Source: the human T2T-CHM13v2.0 reference genome, Homo sapiens. From it: DNA of 64,000 nucleotides. Below, in pieces: positions 62,901-64,000 of this stretch (position 1 is its first letter; the number at the start of each line of letters is the position of its first letter). The notes below the pieces were generated by a model. The model was given only the letters and a program-made list of their open reading frames with translations. It was not told the DNA's origin and searched no databases. The position numbers and the translations under genes are program-made. The DNA is taken from NCBI RefSeq assembly GCF_009914755.1, contig NC_060941.1; one strand, written 5' to 3'.

Positions 62901-63915
62901 ACAGCAGTATTCAAATAGTGAATTCACACAGTGAAAACCTGTACAAATATTCACATAGTGAGTTCACACAGTGAAAACCTGCACAGATATTCACAGCAGT
63001 AATCAAATAGTGAATTCACACAGTGAAAACCTGCACAGATATTCACAGCAGTATTCAAATAGTGAATTCACACAGTGAAAACCTGTACAAATATTCACAT
63101 AGTGAGTTCACACAGTGAAAACCTGTACAAATATTCACATAGTGAGTTCACACAGTGAAAACCTGTACAGATATTCACAGCAGTATTCAAATAGTGAATT
63201 CACACAGTGAAAACCTGTACAAATATTCACATAGTGAGTTCACACAGTGAAAACCTGTACAGATATTCACAGCAGTATTCAAATAGTGAATTCACACAGT
63301 GAAAACCTGTACAAATATTCACATAGTGAGTTCACACAGTGAAAACCTGTACAGATATTCATAGCAGTATTCAAATAGTGAATTCACACAGTGAAAACCT
63401 GTACAAATATTCACAGTGAGTTCACACAGTGAAAACCTGTACAGATACTCACAGCAGTATTCACACAGTGAAAAAGTGGAAACCACCCGAATGTCCACAG
63501 CTGATGGAAGAGACAACAATATGTGCATCACCCACACAACGGTGCACTATTCAGCCATCAAAATGATGCACTGACACACACCTCATCATGGGTAAGGCTC
63601 GCAGACACTGTCCAGAGGGAGGGAAGGCAGACACAAAAACCACACATCGTAGCATCCGTTTATGTGAAGTGTCCACAACAGGCATCCGTAAAGACAAAAG
63701 TCAATTCGTAACTGCCCAGGACTGGGGAAAGAGAACTTGAAAGTCCTGCCTGCTAAGGAGGGATTTCTTCTGGGGTAACAGAAATGTCCTGGAGTTGCAC
63801 AGCTGGGATCGTGGCATCATCTTATGAATATATGAAAACCAACTGAACTGTATACTTTAAACGATAAATTTCATGTGACATTTCGTGACATGAGTAATAT
63901 CTCAATTTTAAAAAC
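59980..63915 (+). mobile_element. L1MB-type 3' region interrupted by two Alus (+60253-60572; -60672-60931) and a VNTR
   Basis: ORF2 3' and 3'UTR motifs (aaaatggatcaaag, ccatgtgacccagcaattccactc, aaaaagtggaaaccacccgaatgtcc, actgaactgtatactttaaa). Confidence 0.8.
61232..63474. repeat. Dimeric minisatellite of alternating 40- and 52-bp units (92-bp higher-order repeat), ~2.25 kb
   Basis: A = cacagtgaaaacctgtacaaatattcacatagtgagttca; B = cacagtgaaaacctgtacagatattcacagcagtattcaaatagtgaattca; unit starts at 61800, 61852, 61892, 61944. Confidence 0.97.
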
Positions 63916-64000
63916 TAGGCAGAGAAAACTGTATTTAAAAAAATACAATTTCAACCATGTAAAATATATAGAAAGAATATACCCAAATCCTCATCTCTGA

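Overview
This is primate (almost certainly human) genomic DNA from the middle of VPS53, which encodes a GARP/EARP tethering complex subunit and lies in subtelomeric 17p13.3 in human. The gene is on the minus strand. Six internal coding exons (probably exons 12-17 of the long isoform) have canonical AG/GT ends and join in frame: 51457-51356, 35359-35265, 11729-11487, 9557-9410, 2446-2364 and 1194-1116. The rest is intron. It holds about 30 Alus (one diagnostic AluYa5), two full-length SVAs with TSDs, a 5'-inverted (twin-primed) L1PA2-like LINE with TSD, old L1M/L2/MIR/MaLR remnants and a MER1B nested in a Tigger3-type element. About 14 kb (~22%) is minisatellite: an 8.7-kb 32/33-bp array, a 1.7-kb 71-73-bp array, a 2.25-kb 40/52-bp dimeric array, and smaller 68-, 65-, 58-, 56- and 43-bp arrays. 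No new protein-coding system is supported; most ORF-track entries are repeat artefacts. Four observations stand out. (i) A 65-bp VNTR copies the 5' splice site of the 83-nt exon three times, one copy in frame. (ii) A 68-bp VNTR carries phased perfect AP-1 sites plus G4 motifs. (iii) Several VNTRs were seeded inside dead LINE remnants. (iv) An inverted-Alu-flanked exon pair would form a 162-nt stop-free circle if back-spliced.
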